Positions 31,564-47,805 of a stretch of DNA of 64,000 nucleotides are shown piece after piece (the first letter of the stretch is position 1; each line of letters begins with the position of its first letter). This DNA comes from Eledone cirrhosa (Eukaryota): the NCBI GenBank assembly GCA_964016885.1, contig OZ024764.1, forward strand, positions 2,418,001-2,482,000, written 5' to 3'. Below the pieces are notes generated by a model. That model was not told where the DNA came from, made no database searches, and saw only the letters and a program-made list of their open reading frames with translations. The position numbers and the translations under genes were made by a program.

Positions 31564-32239
31564 TCACCACCACCACAACTACTACACTACCACCACAACT
31601 ACTGCACTAACATCACCACAACTACAACACTACCACCACAACTACTACACTACCACCACAACTACAACACTACCACCACAACTACTACACTACCATCATC
31701 AACACATCAATCAAGAAACCCCACCACCACCATGATAACTATTACAACTACACCACCACCACCACTGTCTCGATCAACAAGTCACCACCACAACTATACA
31801 TTAAACCAGAGGTCCCCAACCACCAGGCCACAGATACTGGTATCGGTCTGTGGATCATTTGCTACCAGGCCGCAAAGAAGTAATTAACTTGTTTAAAATT
31901 ATATAATAGATAAAAGGTGAAGGTGTGTGGCTGAGTGGTTAGAGAATTGGATTCGCAATAGTAAGGTTGTGAGTTCGATTTCTGGACCAGGCGATGCGTT
32001 ATGTCCTTGAGCAAGACACTTTATTTCACGTTGCTCCTTCTACCTGGAGTTGCGACCGATAGATAGTATTAGCAATTGGAAAGACCAACGGAAACATTGT
32101 TCCCTTGGTCCGATTTGACGAAAGTCGATCGTTAAAAAAAAAAAATAGATAAAATGAATATTGCACTTTAATTTAAAAAGATTTGTTTAAATATTCATTA
32201 TCTTAACTATAATAAAGTAGGTCTCGGGTCTAGAATTGA

Positions 32240-32545
32240 TGAGTTGATATCTGTATACAACAACTACAACGGTACGCGATGGGGCCCACCCACAGCCCCG
32301 GCAGACAGAATGGAGAAGGCGTTTCCCCGGGGGACGGCAAGGAAGACGCGCTGGAAGAGCCACTCCAACTCGCGGGGCTCACACCTGCGGCTGGCCAGCT
32401 CAGCGCCTATGGTGGTGAGTAAGGAGGTAGCCCTAGGGCCGAGGACACCAGAAGTCTCCACTGCCAGGGGTACGACCGCAAACCTGTCGGAGAGCGACCG
32501 GTATTTGAGGAGTTTGGCCCCCTCAGCCCGACGTGCAGCAGTAGT
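32240..32545 (-). mobile_element. CRE-clade non-LTR retrotransposon 3' fragment (restriction-like endonuclease end)
   Basis: AKLLKYRSLSDRFAVVPLAVETSGVLGP...WLFQRVFLAVPRGNA; GC-rich island. Confidence 0.75.
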
Positions 32546-32759
32546 GCGGGACTGCGTCCAAAATATGTTTTTTTACCCCGTTTGTAAAATAAGTTGGATT
32601 ACTTAGAATAAATAATTGTTTCTACTTTAGGCACAAGGCCAGCAATTATCCAGTGCATTACTGGTACTTTATTTTATCGACCCCGTAAGGATGAAAGGCA
32701 AAGTCAACCTCGGCAGGATTTGAACTCAGATCGTAAAGGGACGTAACTATGCTGGAAAG

Positions 32760-33025
32760 CATGGCGTCCGACCCTCTACCGATACTGCCAATCCACCACC
32801 CTGACATGGCGTCCGACCCTCTACCGATACTGCCAATCCACCACCCTGACATGACGTCCGACCCTCTACCGATACTGCCAATCCACCACCCTGACATGAC
32901 GTCCGACCCTCTACCGATACTGCCAATCCACCACCCTGACATGACGTCCGACCCTCTACCGATACTGCCAATCCACCACCCTGACATGACGTCCGACCCT
33001 CTACCGATACTGCCAATCCACCGCA
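32760..33025. repeat. 42-bp tandem repeat of the SINE B 5' end (about 6 copies)
   Basis: 14-aa periodicity; unit contains the A-box-like tggcagtatcgg. Confidence 0.9.
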
Positions 33026-33554
33026 TTACTTAGAATAAATAATGAATGAATATTACATAATTTATCTACTAAATTTCGTGGCTGTTGATTAAATATATTT
33101 TATAGCTTATTTAAAGATTCACTTCTTTAAAATTATCAAATGTCAACACTTCCTGTTAGAGGCCGTTATATCATAACACTTATAATCGCATATATTTCTG
33201 TCACTAATCTTCTCCTAATCCAGTTTATATATAATATCGTCTTTTTTTAAATGTATCATGGATTACTCTACTGATTACATAAGACAGTGTAACATAGTCT
33301 TCGTTCAATTTCTATGTATTATATATTGTCAATTACGATGTTATTTGATGCATCATATCTACATATATATATATTTGTGTATAATATCAATATACATCCT
33401 ACACATGCCAGCAGAAAACCACCTGAGGGTGCTCTCTTTATCAAAATACATTTAAATAAGACATATGTGCAACTACCAGTCCGCGGAAAGCTTGCCCGGC
33501 ATGAAGCTGGTCTGTGGTATAAAAAAGTTGGAGACCACTGGGTTAAACTACTTC

Positions 33555-34105
33555 ACTACCACCACTTCAATCAAGCCCCACCCCACCACTACCACCACTT
33601 CAATCAAGCCCCACCCCACCACTACCACCACTTCAATCAAGCCCCACCCCACCACAACTTCAATAAAGCCCCACCCCACTTCAATCAAGCCCCACACCAC
33701 CACAACTTCAATAAAGCCCCACCCCACCACTACCACTTCAATCAAGCCCCACCCCACCACAACTTCAATAAAGCCCCACCCCACCACTACCACCACTTCA
33801 ATCAAGCCCCACCCCACCACAACTTCAATAAAGCCCCACCCCACCACTACCACTTCAATCAAGCCCCACCCCACCACAACTTCAATAAAGCCCCACCCCA
33901 CCACTACCACCACTTCAATCAAGCCCCACCCCACCACAACTTCAATAAAGCCCCACCCCACTACTACCACCACTTCAATCAAGCCCCACCCCACCACTAC
34001 CACCACTTCAATCAAGCCCCACCCCACCACAACTTCAATAAAGCCCCACCCCACCACTACCACTTCAATCAAGCCCCACCCCACCACAACTTCAATAAAG
34101 CCCAT
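33555..34105. repeat. C/A-rich minisatellite (cacttcaatcaagccccaccccac)
   Basis: Direct inspection. Confidence 0.9.
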
Positions 34106-34137
34106 CATCATCAGAACACCAACCTACATCATCATCA

Positions 34138-34458
<321 letters not shown>

Positions 34459-34928
34459 TCAATACCAAACAAAGCGTTATTTAAGTGAAGTGAGAGTACA
34501 AGACTTCCCCCTGGACAGGAACCAGTCCATTGCAGAGTTAGAGTCAGTCCCAAGCCTCCAGGTTCATCAGTCTGGTGATTATCAAGGATCCTGTGGCCTG
34601 AAGCAACATAGAGTACAAGACTTCCCCTGGACAGGATGCTAGTCCATCACAGATTAAAGTCTGTCTCGTGCCCGGAGGCTCATCTGTTGGTTTCAATGGA
34701 GTGAAGCAACTAAGAGTAAAAGACATCCCCTAGACAGGACACCATTTTCAGCTGAGTATACTGCAGCAACATGAAATAAAGTGTTTTGCTCAAGAACACA
34801 ACACACAACCCAATCTAGGAATCAAACCTTCAACATTATGATCATACGTCCAACACCCTTACCACTAGGCCATGTCCCACCACCAAGGGATTTAAAGAAA
34901 GGTTATTTCAATACTGAACATAGTATTA

Positions 34929-35285
34929 CTTTCGGAAACATTTTTTCACGCTCAGAGTTGCTGAAGCATGGAACAAACTACCTGCATCAGTTGTTAGCTG
35001 TCGAGACGCTGCATCCTTTGAGGCCTCCATGGAACAAACTACCTGCATCAGTTGTTAGCTGTCGAGACGCTGCATCCTTTAAAACCTCCATGGAACAAAC
35101 TACCTGCATCAGTTGTTAGCTGTCGAGACACTGCATCCTTTAAGGCCTCCATGCTTCCCGAGATCCGCCAACACTACAGCTAACACATACACACATGTAC
35201 TTCCCTGACATTTGTGTATTATTCTGTGTACTATATTGACGAGTTGTAGTGCACCTGAGCACTTATTATTATTATTATTATTATC
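34929..35285 (+). mobile_element. CR1/L2-type LINE 3' end with 3 copies of a 61-bp unit
   Basis: FRKHFFTLRVAEAWNKLP motif; (ATT)n tail. Confidence 0.82.
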
Positions 35286-35654
35286 AGTAACCTGTATTGT
35301 ATTAGAAACGTTACATAACCTTATTATGTAAGATGCTGAACTTGGGCCTCGAAGGAGAACTGTCTAGGTGAAAATCCCATGATCATAATAATAATTAAAA
35401 TTAATGTGTACAATGCTAAGGTGCACTAAAACTCATCAAAGGTGCATGTATAGTACATAAAATAATTGTTTCTACTTTTGGCACAAGGCCAGCAATTGCC
35501 CAGTACATTACTGGTACTTTATTTTATCGACCCCGTAAGGATGAAAGGCAAAGTTAACCTCGGCGGGATTTGAACACAGATCATAAACGGCCGTAACTCT
35601 TTGCTGCAAAGCATGGCGTCCGACCCTCTACCGATACTGCCAATCCACCGCTTT

Positions 35655-36810
35655 ATAGTACATCGAATAATGTACAAATGTCAGGAAATTTGAACAGTGT
35701 ATGAGTCATGATATACATGTGTGTGTGTGTGTGTATGGAGGGGGAATATCAGGTGTAGTGTTGGAGAATTACTGGAAACATGGAGGTTTTAAAGGATGTA
35801 GTGTCTCGACAGCTAACAACTGATGCAGGTAGTTTGTTCCATGGAGGTTTTAAAGGATGCAGTGTCTTGACAGCTAACAACTGATGCAGGTAGTTTGTTC
35901 CATGGAGGTTTTAAAGGATGCAGTGTCTTGACAGCTAACAACTGATGCAGGTAGTTTGTTCCATGGAGGTTTTAAAGGATGCAGTGTCTCGACAGCTAAC
36001 AACTGATGGAGGTAGTTTGTTCCATGGAGGTTTTAAAGGATGCAGTGTCTCGACAGCTAACAACTGATGCAGGTAGTTTGTTCCATGGAGGTTTTAAAGG
36101 ATGCAGTGTCTTGACAGCTAACAACTGATGCAGGTAGTTTGTTCCATGGAGGTTTTAAAGGATGCAGTGTCTCGACAGCTAACAACTGATGGAGGTAGTT
36201 TGTTCCATGGAGGTTTTAAAGGATGCAGTGTCTCGACAGCTAACAACTGATGCAGGTAGTTTGTTCCATGGAGGTTTTAAAGGATGCAGTGTCTTGACAG
36301 CTAACAACTGATGCAGGTAGTTTGTTCCATGGAGGTTTTAAAGGATGCAGTGTCTCGACAGCTAACAACTGATGGAGGTAGTTTGTTCCATGGAGGTTTT
36401 AAAGGATGCAGTGTCTCGACAGCTAACAACTGATGCAGGTAGTTTGTTCCATGGAGGTTTTAAAGGATGCAGTGTCTTGACAGCTAACAACTGATGCAGG
36501 TAGTTTGTTCCATGGAGGTTTTAAAGGATGCAGTGTCTCGACAGCTAACAACTGATGGAGGTAGTTTGTTCCATGGAGGTTTTAAAGGATGCAGTGTCTC
36601 GACAGCTAACAACTGATGCAGGTAGTTTGTTCCATGCTTCAGCAACTCTGAGCGTGAAAAAATGTTTCCGAAAGTCATGGGAGCTGTGCTGTTTTCTGAC
36701 TTTGTAGGCATGCCCACGTGTGTTAGACACATGGAATTCAAAAAGGTGCTCAGGATTGTTGTTGGCAAGATTGTTAATAATTTTGTGGGTGTCAGTTGTC
36801 AGATGTCAGA
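35655..36810 (-). mobile_element. CR1/L2-type LINE 3' end with the 61-bp unit expanded about 14-fold (35779-36635)
   Basis: NTRGHAYKVRK...FRKHFFTLRVAEAWNKLP. Confidence 0.85.
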
Positions 36811-36817
36811 GCTTTAA

Positions 36818-38249
36818 CTCTTTAGCATTTAAACCAGCCATATCTGGCCAGAATTCTCTCACTTCTTTCTGTTCAAACCAGCCGTAACTGGCCACCCATA
36901 CTGACGTTAAGGTATTTTTATCAAAATAAATAATAACAAAATCTCATAGATTCTATATTATGTGAGGTAAAGCCTTTACTGTGAAAATACAATAGTATAT
37001 ATAGAGTAATGTAAATGTTATGTGAGATATTATGTGAGGTAAAGCCTTTACTGTGAAAATACAATAGTATATATAGAGTAATGTAAATGTTATGCGAGAT
37101 ATTATGTGAGGTAAAGCCTTTTCTGTGAAAATACAATAGTATATATAGAGTAATGTAAATGGTATGTGAGATATTATGTGAGGTAAAGCCTTTACTGTGA
37201 AAATACAATAGTATATATAGAGTAATGTAAATGTTATGCGAGATATTATGTGAGGTAAAGCCTTTTCTGTGAAAATACAATAGTATATATAGAGTAATGT
37301 AAATGTTATGTGAGATATTATGTGAGGTAAAGCCTTTACTGCGAAAATACAATAGTATATATAGAGTAATGTAAATGTTATGTGAGATATTATGTGAGGT
37401 AAAGCCTTTACTGTGATAATACAATAGTATATATAGAGTAATGTAAATGTTATGTGAGATATTATGTGAGGTAAAGTCTTTACTGTGACAATACAATAGT
37501 ATATATAGAGTAATGTAAATGTTATGTGAGATATTATGTGAGGTAAAGACTTTACTGTGACAATACAATAGTATATATAGAGTAATGTAAATGTTATGTG
37601 AGATATTATGTGAGGTAAAGCCTTTACTGTGACAATACAATAGTATATATAGAGTAATGTAAATGGTATGTGAGATATTATGTGAGGTAAAGCCTTTTCT
37701 GTGAAAATACAATAGTATATATAGAGTAATGTAAATGTTATGTGAGATATTATGTGAGGTAAAGCCTTTACTGTGACAATACAATAGTATATATAGAGTA
37801 ATGTAAATGGTATGTGAGATATTATGTGAGGTAAAGACTTTACTGTGACAATACAATAGTATATATAGAGTAAAGTAAATGTTATGTGAGATATTATGTG
37901 AGGTAAAGCCTTTACTGTGACAATACAATAGTATATATAGAGTAATGTAAATGTTATGTGAGATATTATGTGAGGTAAAGCCTTTACTGTGAAAATATAA
38001 TAGTATATATAGAGTAATGTAAATGCTATGTGAGATATTATGTGAGGTAAAGCCTTTACTGTGAAAATATAATAGTATATATAGAGTAATGTAAATGCTA
38101 TGTGAGATATTATGTGAGGTAAAGCCTTTACTGTGACAATACAATAGTATATATAGAGTAATGTAAATGCTATGTGAGATATTATGTGAGGTAAAGCCTT
38201 TACTGTGACAATACAATAGTATATATAGAGTAATGTAAATGGTAAAGGG
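36818..38249. mobile_element. piggyBac-type MITE carrying about 18 units of the 72-bp satellite
   Basis: TTAA|ctctttagcattta ... taaatggtaaaggg|TTAA. Confidence 0.82.
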
Positions 38250-38613
38250 TTAATGTATCCATGCCCAAGGAAGCAAGATGTTCAGAGTATGGCTGATGCC
38301 TTAAGGAGGGTAGGGTATTTGCTTGGTTGGAGGAAGCCTTATGGAGGGTATTCGCTTGTAACTAGGGGGCCTTTACCCTTTACCCTATTAGTGACAAATA
38401 TGTATCTGTTTTGTTTTGTATGTATATAAATATACACACTGTAAATGTGGTTGGCGTGAGGAAGGGCATCCAGCCGTAGAAAACCTGCCAGAAACATTTC
38501 TTTACGAGCGAGATACGGTCACCCGACCAATCTTGCCTCAAGTGGGACAAATCCGTCTTGCCTCAAGTGGGACAAACCCATCCAACCCATGCTAGCGTGG
38601 AAGATGGACGTTA

Positions 38614-38796
<183 letters not shown>

Positions 38797-38817
38797 TTAT
38801 ATATATATATATATATA

Positions 38818-39250
38818 TAAAATATTAAACAAATAATGAATAAAACAATGAAACAGTTCCTTATATTAACCAAAAAAAGTTCATTATTTAACGATCGTTT
38901 CTAGGATATATATGTGTTAGAATTGGCATGCATATTCAACAGATCTATGTACAAAATTATACAAAATTATACAAACTATCAAGATTAAATATACATACCA
39001 AACACACATATACGCCGTCTTCAGAAATAATCTTTATTAATTCTGAAGACGGTGTATATGTGTGTTTGGTATGTATATTTAATCTTGATAGTTTGTATAA
39101 TTTTGTATAATTTTGTACATAGATCTGTTGAATATGCATGCCAATTCTAACACATATATATCCTAGAAACGATCGTTAAATAATGAACTTTTTTTGGTTA
39201 ATATAAGGAACTGTTTCATTGTTTTATTCATTATTTGTTTAATATTTTAT
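38818..39250. repeat. Near-perfect palindrome (arms about 210 bp, 14-nt spacer); each arm has a hammerhead-like motif with a very long stem II
   Basis: Mirror ORFs in track; minus arm reads ATTATTT CTGAAGA...GAAA CGATCG TT AAATAAT. Confidence 0.9.
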
Positions 39251-39381
39251 CTTGACTCTGTATACCGTTTATCTTTCACCGAAAGTGATTTTTCATTACA
39301 TCTCTTCTTTCCATGATATCCGGAATACATTGAGTTCTTCATACGGATTGGACACTACCGTAAACTCTTGGTAGATTTATC

Positions 39382-39420
<39 letters not shown>

Positions 39421-39578
39421 TATTAGAAATGTTAGCTATCGCCATATTTTGACTAAAGAAATTAAAGAAATTATTTAGCCTGATAGTGGGGTTAAGAACC
39501 CTCGGAGAAATAAATACGGCGATAGCTAACATTTCTAATAATTTCAAATTCACTCGCTGTTTCGAAAATATTCTTACT

Positions 39579-39635
<57 letters not shown>

Positions 39636-39723
39636 CAGAAGGGATATTCAATTTGTTGGTAATTCAACAAATATAAATGTTTATAACTAATTTAGAGCAT
39701 TCAACATGTTTTCTGTATATATA

Positions 39724-40523
39724 CAGGGTGTGGACGATATTTGTTCGCAATTTTCAACTGCTAATTTTATGCAAATTTTTTTTTACTTCCGTTGTCACTC
39801 TTGTCTTCATAAAAACAGTGACTATATTTCCATTATTTATTTTCAGAATAATTGATTATGAATAATTTTGAACCTCCAAATTTGTGGAAGAGACACAGAG
39901 TTCTTTTTGGAATCTGCGCCGGGAGGACAAATAAGGACCAGAAGATCAACTCCCAGAACAACAGGTGGCTCGCTGTCTCATCCAAAGACGTGCCCAGAGT
40001 CATGCAGACAAAGTTTCCAGCGACGACATTGGTCTTAGGTGTCGTCAGCAGTCAAGGTGACGTCATGCCACCTCACTTCTTCCCTGAGAGCCTCAAGCTG
40101 AACACCGATGGCTACATCCGTGTTCTGAGCGAGGTAGTAAAGCCCTGGATCGACCAGGTAGCTGCAGGTAGGCCGTACATGTGCCAGCAAGACTCAGCGC
40201 CCTGCCATACCAGCCGAAAGACCACACTTCACCTGACATCTGGCCTCCCAGCTCACCTAACTGCAACCCCCTCGACTTCTTTGTGTGGGGCGCATTGGAA
40301 CGAGACACCAACAGATCTAGCTGCAATACGAAAGATGATCTGAAGGCCAGGATCACAAGTGCCTTTAGGCCGTTATCAAAGCCAATGGCAGGTTTATTGA
40401 GTGAGATTGAAAGAACAAGTCATGAAGACAAACTGACCCAAGTTTGATAAATAAATCTTAAAAAATAAAACTGTTATTTTTTCCTAGACAATCATCTTGC
40501 GAACAAATATCGTCTGCACCCTG
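39724..40523 (+). mobile_element. Internally deleted Tc1/mariner-superfamily transposon (maT/DD37D-like)
   Basis: TA TSD; 27-bp TIRs cagggtgtggacgatatttgttcgcaa; QQDSAPCH and WPPSSPNCNPLDFFVWG motifs. Confidence 0.9.
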
Positions 40524-40675
40524 TATATATATATATATATATATAGAGAGAGCGAGCTATAGAAAACTGTCCAAACCAACGATGCCTGCCCTAAGTATCT
40601 GTTTGATACTCGGTAGTCATTGCACATAAATCGTATTCAAAGGAAAATATAATAATATTAATAATAGTACATTAC

Positions 40676-40795
40676 CTGGAAGGCATCGACATTGCCCAGT
40701 CGATACTGGACATGACTGTCCACCACCAGTTTGGTCAAACGGAGGATCTCTCGACACAGATGAAAAGCATTGCCGAAACGAGATTTTTTCCTCTC
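40676..40795 (-). CDS. PRPF8: PRPF8 exon 8 ([11 protein letters not shown]...GNVDAFQ)
   Basis: Manual translation; cag / gtaatg; 120 nt. Confidence 0.97.
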
Positions 40796-41101
40796 CTGAA
40801 ATTAAAGCAAGTAAAATAACAATAATAATAATAATAATGATTTCTGCAATAGGCACAAGGCCAGCAATTCTGAGGGAGAGCGGTAAGTCGATTAAATCGA
40901 CCCCAGTACATTACTGGTACTTTATTTTATCGACTCCCGTAAGGATGAAAGGCAAAGTTAACCTCAGCAGGATTTGAACCCAGACCGTAAAGGGGCGTAA
41001 CTCTATGCTGGAAAGCATGGCGTCCGACCCTCTACCGATACTGCCAATCCACCGCCATTTTTCGAAAATGTTATTTATCCATTATAAAAATTAAATGATA
41101 G

Positions 41102-41520
41102 CAATCTATATGTAGGTGGGCCCTCTTCAATCTATATGTAGGTGGGCCCTCTTCAATCTATATGTAGGTGGGCCCCCTTCAATCTATATGTAGGTGGGCC
41201 CCCTTCAATCTATATGTAGGTGGGCCCTCTTCAATCTATATGTAGGTGGGCCCTCTTCAATCTATATGTAAGTAGGCCCTCTTCAATCTATATGTAGGTG
41301 GGCCCTCTTCAATCTATATGTAGGTGGGCCCTCTTCAATCTATATGTAGGTAGGCCCTCTTCAATCTATATGTAGGTAGGCCCCCTTCAATCTATATGTA
41401 GGTAGGCCCCCTTCAATCTATATGTAGGTGGGCCCCCTTCATTCTATATGTAGGTGGGCCCCCTTCAATCTATATGTAGGTGGATCCCCTTCATTCTATA
41501 TGTAGGTGGGCCATCTTCAT
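41102..41520. repeat. 26-bp minisatellite (caatctatatgtaggtgggccctctt), about 16 units
   Basis: Direct inspection. Confidence 0.92.
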
Positions 41521-41951
41521 CTCCCGGCAACCAATATTTTTAGACCCAGTCTACCACTGCCTAAGATATCTATGAAATTTGAAGCCCTTCTCTAAAATAA
41601 TATATTTTTTATATCGTCAATGATATAATAATTGTTTCTACTTTAGGCACAAGGCCAGCAATTACCCCAGTGTATTACTGGTACTTTATTTTATCGACCC
41701 CGTAAGGATGAAAGGCAAAGTTAACCTCGGCGGGATTTGAACTCAGAATGGAAAGGGCCGCAACTCAATGCTGCAAAGCATGGCGTCCGACCCTCTACCG
41801 ATACTGCCAATCCACCAATGGTTTCTGATTTCCGCACACGGCCAACAATTTTGGGGAGAGGAAAGACGATTAAACCCAGTGTATTACTGTTACATTATTT
41901 TAACGACCCTGTAGATGGTTTCTGATTTAGGCACAAGGTCAACAATTTTAA

Positions 41952-42036
41952 CACTTTAGCATCTAAACTGGTCACATCCGACCAGATCTCTCTCACCATT
42001 TTCTGTTCAAACCGGCCATAACTGGCCTCTCACCTT

Positions 42037-42113
<77 letters not shown>

Positions 42114-42127
42114 TGGTTATGTAAGGG
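41952..42127. mobile_element. Short piggyBac-type MITE relative with internal (GA)n
   Basis: TTAA|cactttagcat...taaggg|TTAA; left part similar to 36818. Confidence 0.55.
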
Positions 42128-42149
42128 TTAATCTTTTAGTATTAACATG

Positions 42150-44966
<2,817 letters not shown>

Positions 44967-45091
44967 TTATTTCTATGATTTTTTTATTTTTATTTTTATT
45001 TTTATTTTTTTCATTCGCACCGTTTCCTTTCGCTATATGTCTCTCCACCACTCCCCTACACACCCTTTGAACTCTGTTCCCACACACTTCT

Positions 45092-45125
45092 CACCTGAGG
45101 AAGGGCTTATGCCCGAAACGTCGTC
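45092..45125 (+). ncRNA. Minimal hammerhead-like motif
   Basis: ac CTGAGGA A GGGC TTAT GCCC GAAA CG TC gt. Confidence 0.5.
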
Positions 45126-45212
45126 CCCCACCAACACCCCACTCTCCAGAGCGTGAAATTAATAAACATTCGTTGTACTGCCTCTCTGTTTTGTTCCTGT
45201 TCAAATTTTTCC

Positions 45213-45260
<48 letters not shown>

Positions 45261-45262
<2 letters not shown>

Positions 45263-45457
45263 GAGGCACATGGCTTAATGGTTAGAACATTGGCCTTGCA
45301 ATTGAAAGGTTGAGTTCAATTCTCAGACCGGGTGATGTGTTGCTTCCTTGAGCAAGACCCTTTATTTCACATTGCTCCAGTTTACTCAGCTGTAGAAATG
45401 ATATGATAGGGACTGGGGTCCCTATCATTCCACTGCAAAGTGGTCGTGGAGGTGCCC
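45261..45457 (+). mobile_element. SINE A 5' half
   Basis: tggcttaatggttag A-box-like, gagttcaattc B-box-like. Confidence 0.85.
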
Positions 45458-45985
45458 ATGTTTTTTGTGGCCTTCCTCTGCTGTGTCTTCCTTCTATTGG
45501 GATTTCTTGGCACTTCTTTACCCAGTGGTCATCTTCCATGTACATCACATGTCCATACCATCTCAGTCTTCTCTCCCACACACCATAACTTATCCCTCTT
45601 ATACACAGTTTCTCTCTCAACACATCACATGTCCATACCATCTCAGTCTTCTCTCCCACACACTACAACTTATCCCTCTTATACCCAGTTTCTCTCTCAA
45701 CTCGTCTATGCTTGGTCATTCATACACATTGACATTACACATCCTTCAGAGCATGCTTACCTCATTTCTCTCCAGCCGTCACATATCCTCCACAGTTGCT
45801 GCCCATGTCTCACTACCATGCAGCATCGCGCACCTCACACAGGCATCATATAACCGGCCTTTCGTACGCAGGGAGAAACCCTTCTTTGTCAACAGAGGAA
45901 GCAGCTCCCTAAACTTTTTCCATCCTCTCCTTATTCTAGATACTATGGCCTCGGAGCATCCTCCACCCTTGCTACTCTGATCACC
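45458..45985 (-). mobile_element. RTE LINE fragment
   Basis: ERRLRWYGHVMYM...GRHSRGRPQKTW; internal duplication of about 80 bp. Confidence 0.85.
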
Positions 45986-46253
45986 TTTATATATGTATAT
46001 ATCATCATCATCATTTTATGTCCGCTTATCCCTGTTTGCTAGAGTGGGACGGGTCCTGTTCAGCACAGCATCTCTCCACTTGTCACAGTCCTTTGTCATC
46101 TCCTCTGTGAGCTTCAGCAATCTAAGGTCAGCTCCGCCTATATCTTCCATGGTCTTCCTTCGACACACACACATATATATATACACACACACACATATAT
46201 ATATACATAGAGCAAGAAAGTATTACTAAGAAGTGGGACTGTGTCCAAGCTTA

Positions 46254-46457
<204 letters not shown>

Positions 46458-46931
46458 TTAAAGTGTAAGAATCTTTGTTTAGTCTTTCAACTTGCAGAGT
46501 GTACTGGGTGTATTATATCATGACACCAGTACTACTACTTTACAGAGTGTACTGGGTGTATTATATCAGGACACCAACACTACCACTTTACAGAGTGTAC
46601 TGGGTGTATTATATCATGACACCAACACTACCACTTTACAGAGTGTACTGGGTGTATTATATCAGGACACCAACACTACCACTTTACAGGGTGTACTGGG
46701 TGTATTATATCATGACACCAACACTACCACTTTACAGAGTGTACTGGGTGTATTATAGCATGACACCAACACTACCACTTTACAGGGTGTAACCACTAGG
46801 CCACACATTCCCACAACACCACATATAAAGGGCATCCTTGACAACTTACTCCTGTAACCCTATCATTGTGACCCCAACATCTTGAAACCACTAACCCATG
46901 TGCCCGTTATAATCACAAAAGTCACACTCAC

Positions 46932-47122
46932 CATGATTTAACCAGGGGCACATCAATGGCCCTTCGGGTTTTACCAGAGCGCAGATTGAAAGGTCTTGGG
47001 GCCCAGAGCAGGGAGATCCCGTTGGCGGTGTTGTCTGTATAGAGAGGAGTCTCCTGCATGAATGCCTGCACATAGTCAGGAAGTTCAAAGTCTTCTTCAT
47101 CGTCAGGCAAAGGTTCAGTCCC
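46932..47122 (-). CDS. PRPF8: PRPF8 exon 5 ([10 protein letters not shown]...VPLVKSW)
   Basis: Prp8 match; tag / gtgagt; 191 nt, phase consistent. Confidence 0.95.
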
Positions 47123-47805
47123 CTAAAATATAGAAAAATAACAAAAATTTACGTTCGACCCCTAAAATATAGAAAAACAAAAATTTGGGTTTGACCCCTA
47201 AAATATAGAAAAATAACAAAAATTTAGGTTCGACCCCTAAAATATAGAAAAATAACAAAAATTTACGTTCGACCCCTAAAATATAGAAAAACAAAAATTT
47301 GGGTTCGACCCCTAAAATATAGAAAAATAACAAAAATTTACGTTCGACCCCTAAAATATAGAAAAACAAAAATTTGGGTTTGACCCCTAAAATATAGAAA
47401 AATAACAAAAATTTGGGTTCGACCCCTAAAATATAGAAAAATAACAAAAATTTACGTTCGACCCCTAAAATATAGAAAAACAAAAATTTAGGTTCAACCC
47501 CTAAAATATAGAAAAACAAAAATTTAGGTTCAACCCCTAAAATATAGAAAAACAAAAATTTAGGTTCAACCCCTAAAATATAGAAAAACAAAAATTTAGG
47601 TTCGACCCCTAAAATATAGAAAAACAAAAATTTAGGTTCGACCCCTAAAATATAGAAGAACAAAAATTTAGGTTCGACCCCTAAAATATAGAAAAACAAA
47701 AATTTAGGTTCGACCCCTAAAATATAGAAAAACAAAAATTTAGGTTCGACCCCTAAAATATAGAAAAACAAAAATTTAGGTTCAACCCCTAAAATATAGA
47801 AAAGT
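47123..47805 (-). repeat. 36/39-bp tandem repeat reiterating the exon 5 splice acceptor (18 extra copies)
   Basis: Unit ttttctatattttag|gggtcgaacct versus true junction ttttctatattttag|gggactgaacct. Confidence 0.93.

Larger units (their letters stand above)
32201..33432 (+). mobile_element. Helitron copy (3' CTAG lost), interrupted by insertions
   Basis: Colinear with 59591-60276. Confidence 0.75.
31807..33540. mobile_element. hAT MITE containing a nested SINE head, Helitron, CRE fragment and SINE B
   Basis: TIRs cagaggtccccaac / gttggagaccactg; degenerate TSD cattaaac / ggttaaac. Confidence 0.7.

Noticed and set aside
39420-39545. Inverted repeat of about 24 bp between (TA)n runs as another ribozyme
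   Set aside because: Core reads CTGATAG and GATA, not CTGANGA and GAAA; only the inverted repeat is supported
45261-45335. tRNA genes (also near 31921 and 52770)
   Set aside because: tRNA-like boxes are SINE heads continuing into SINE bodies; no full cloverleaf
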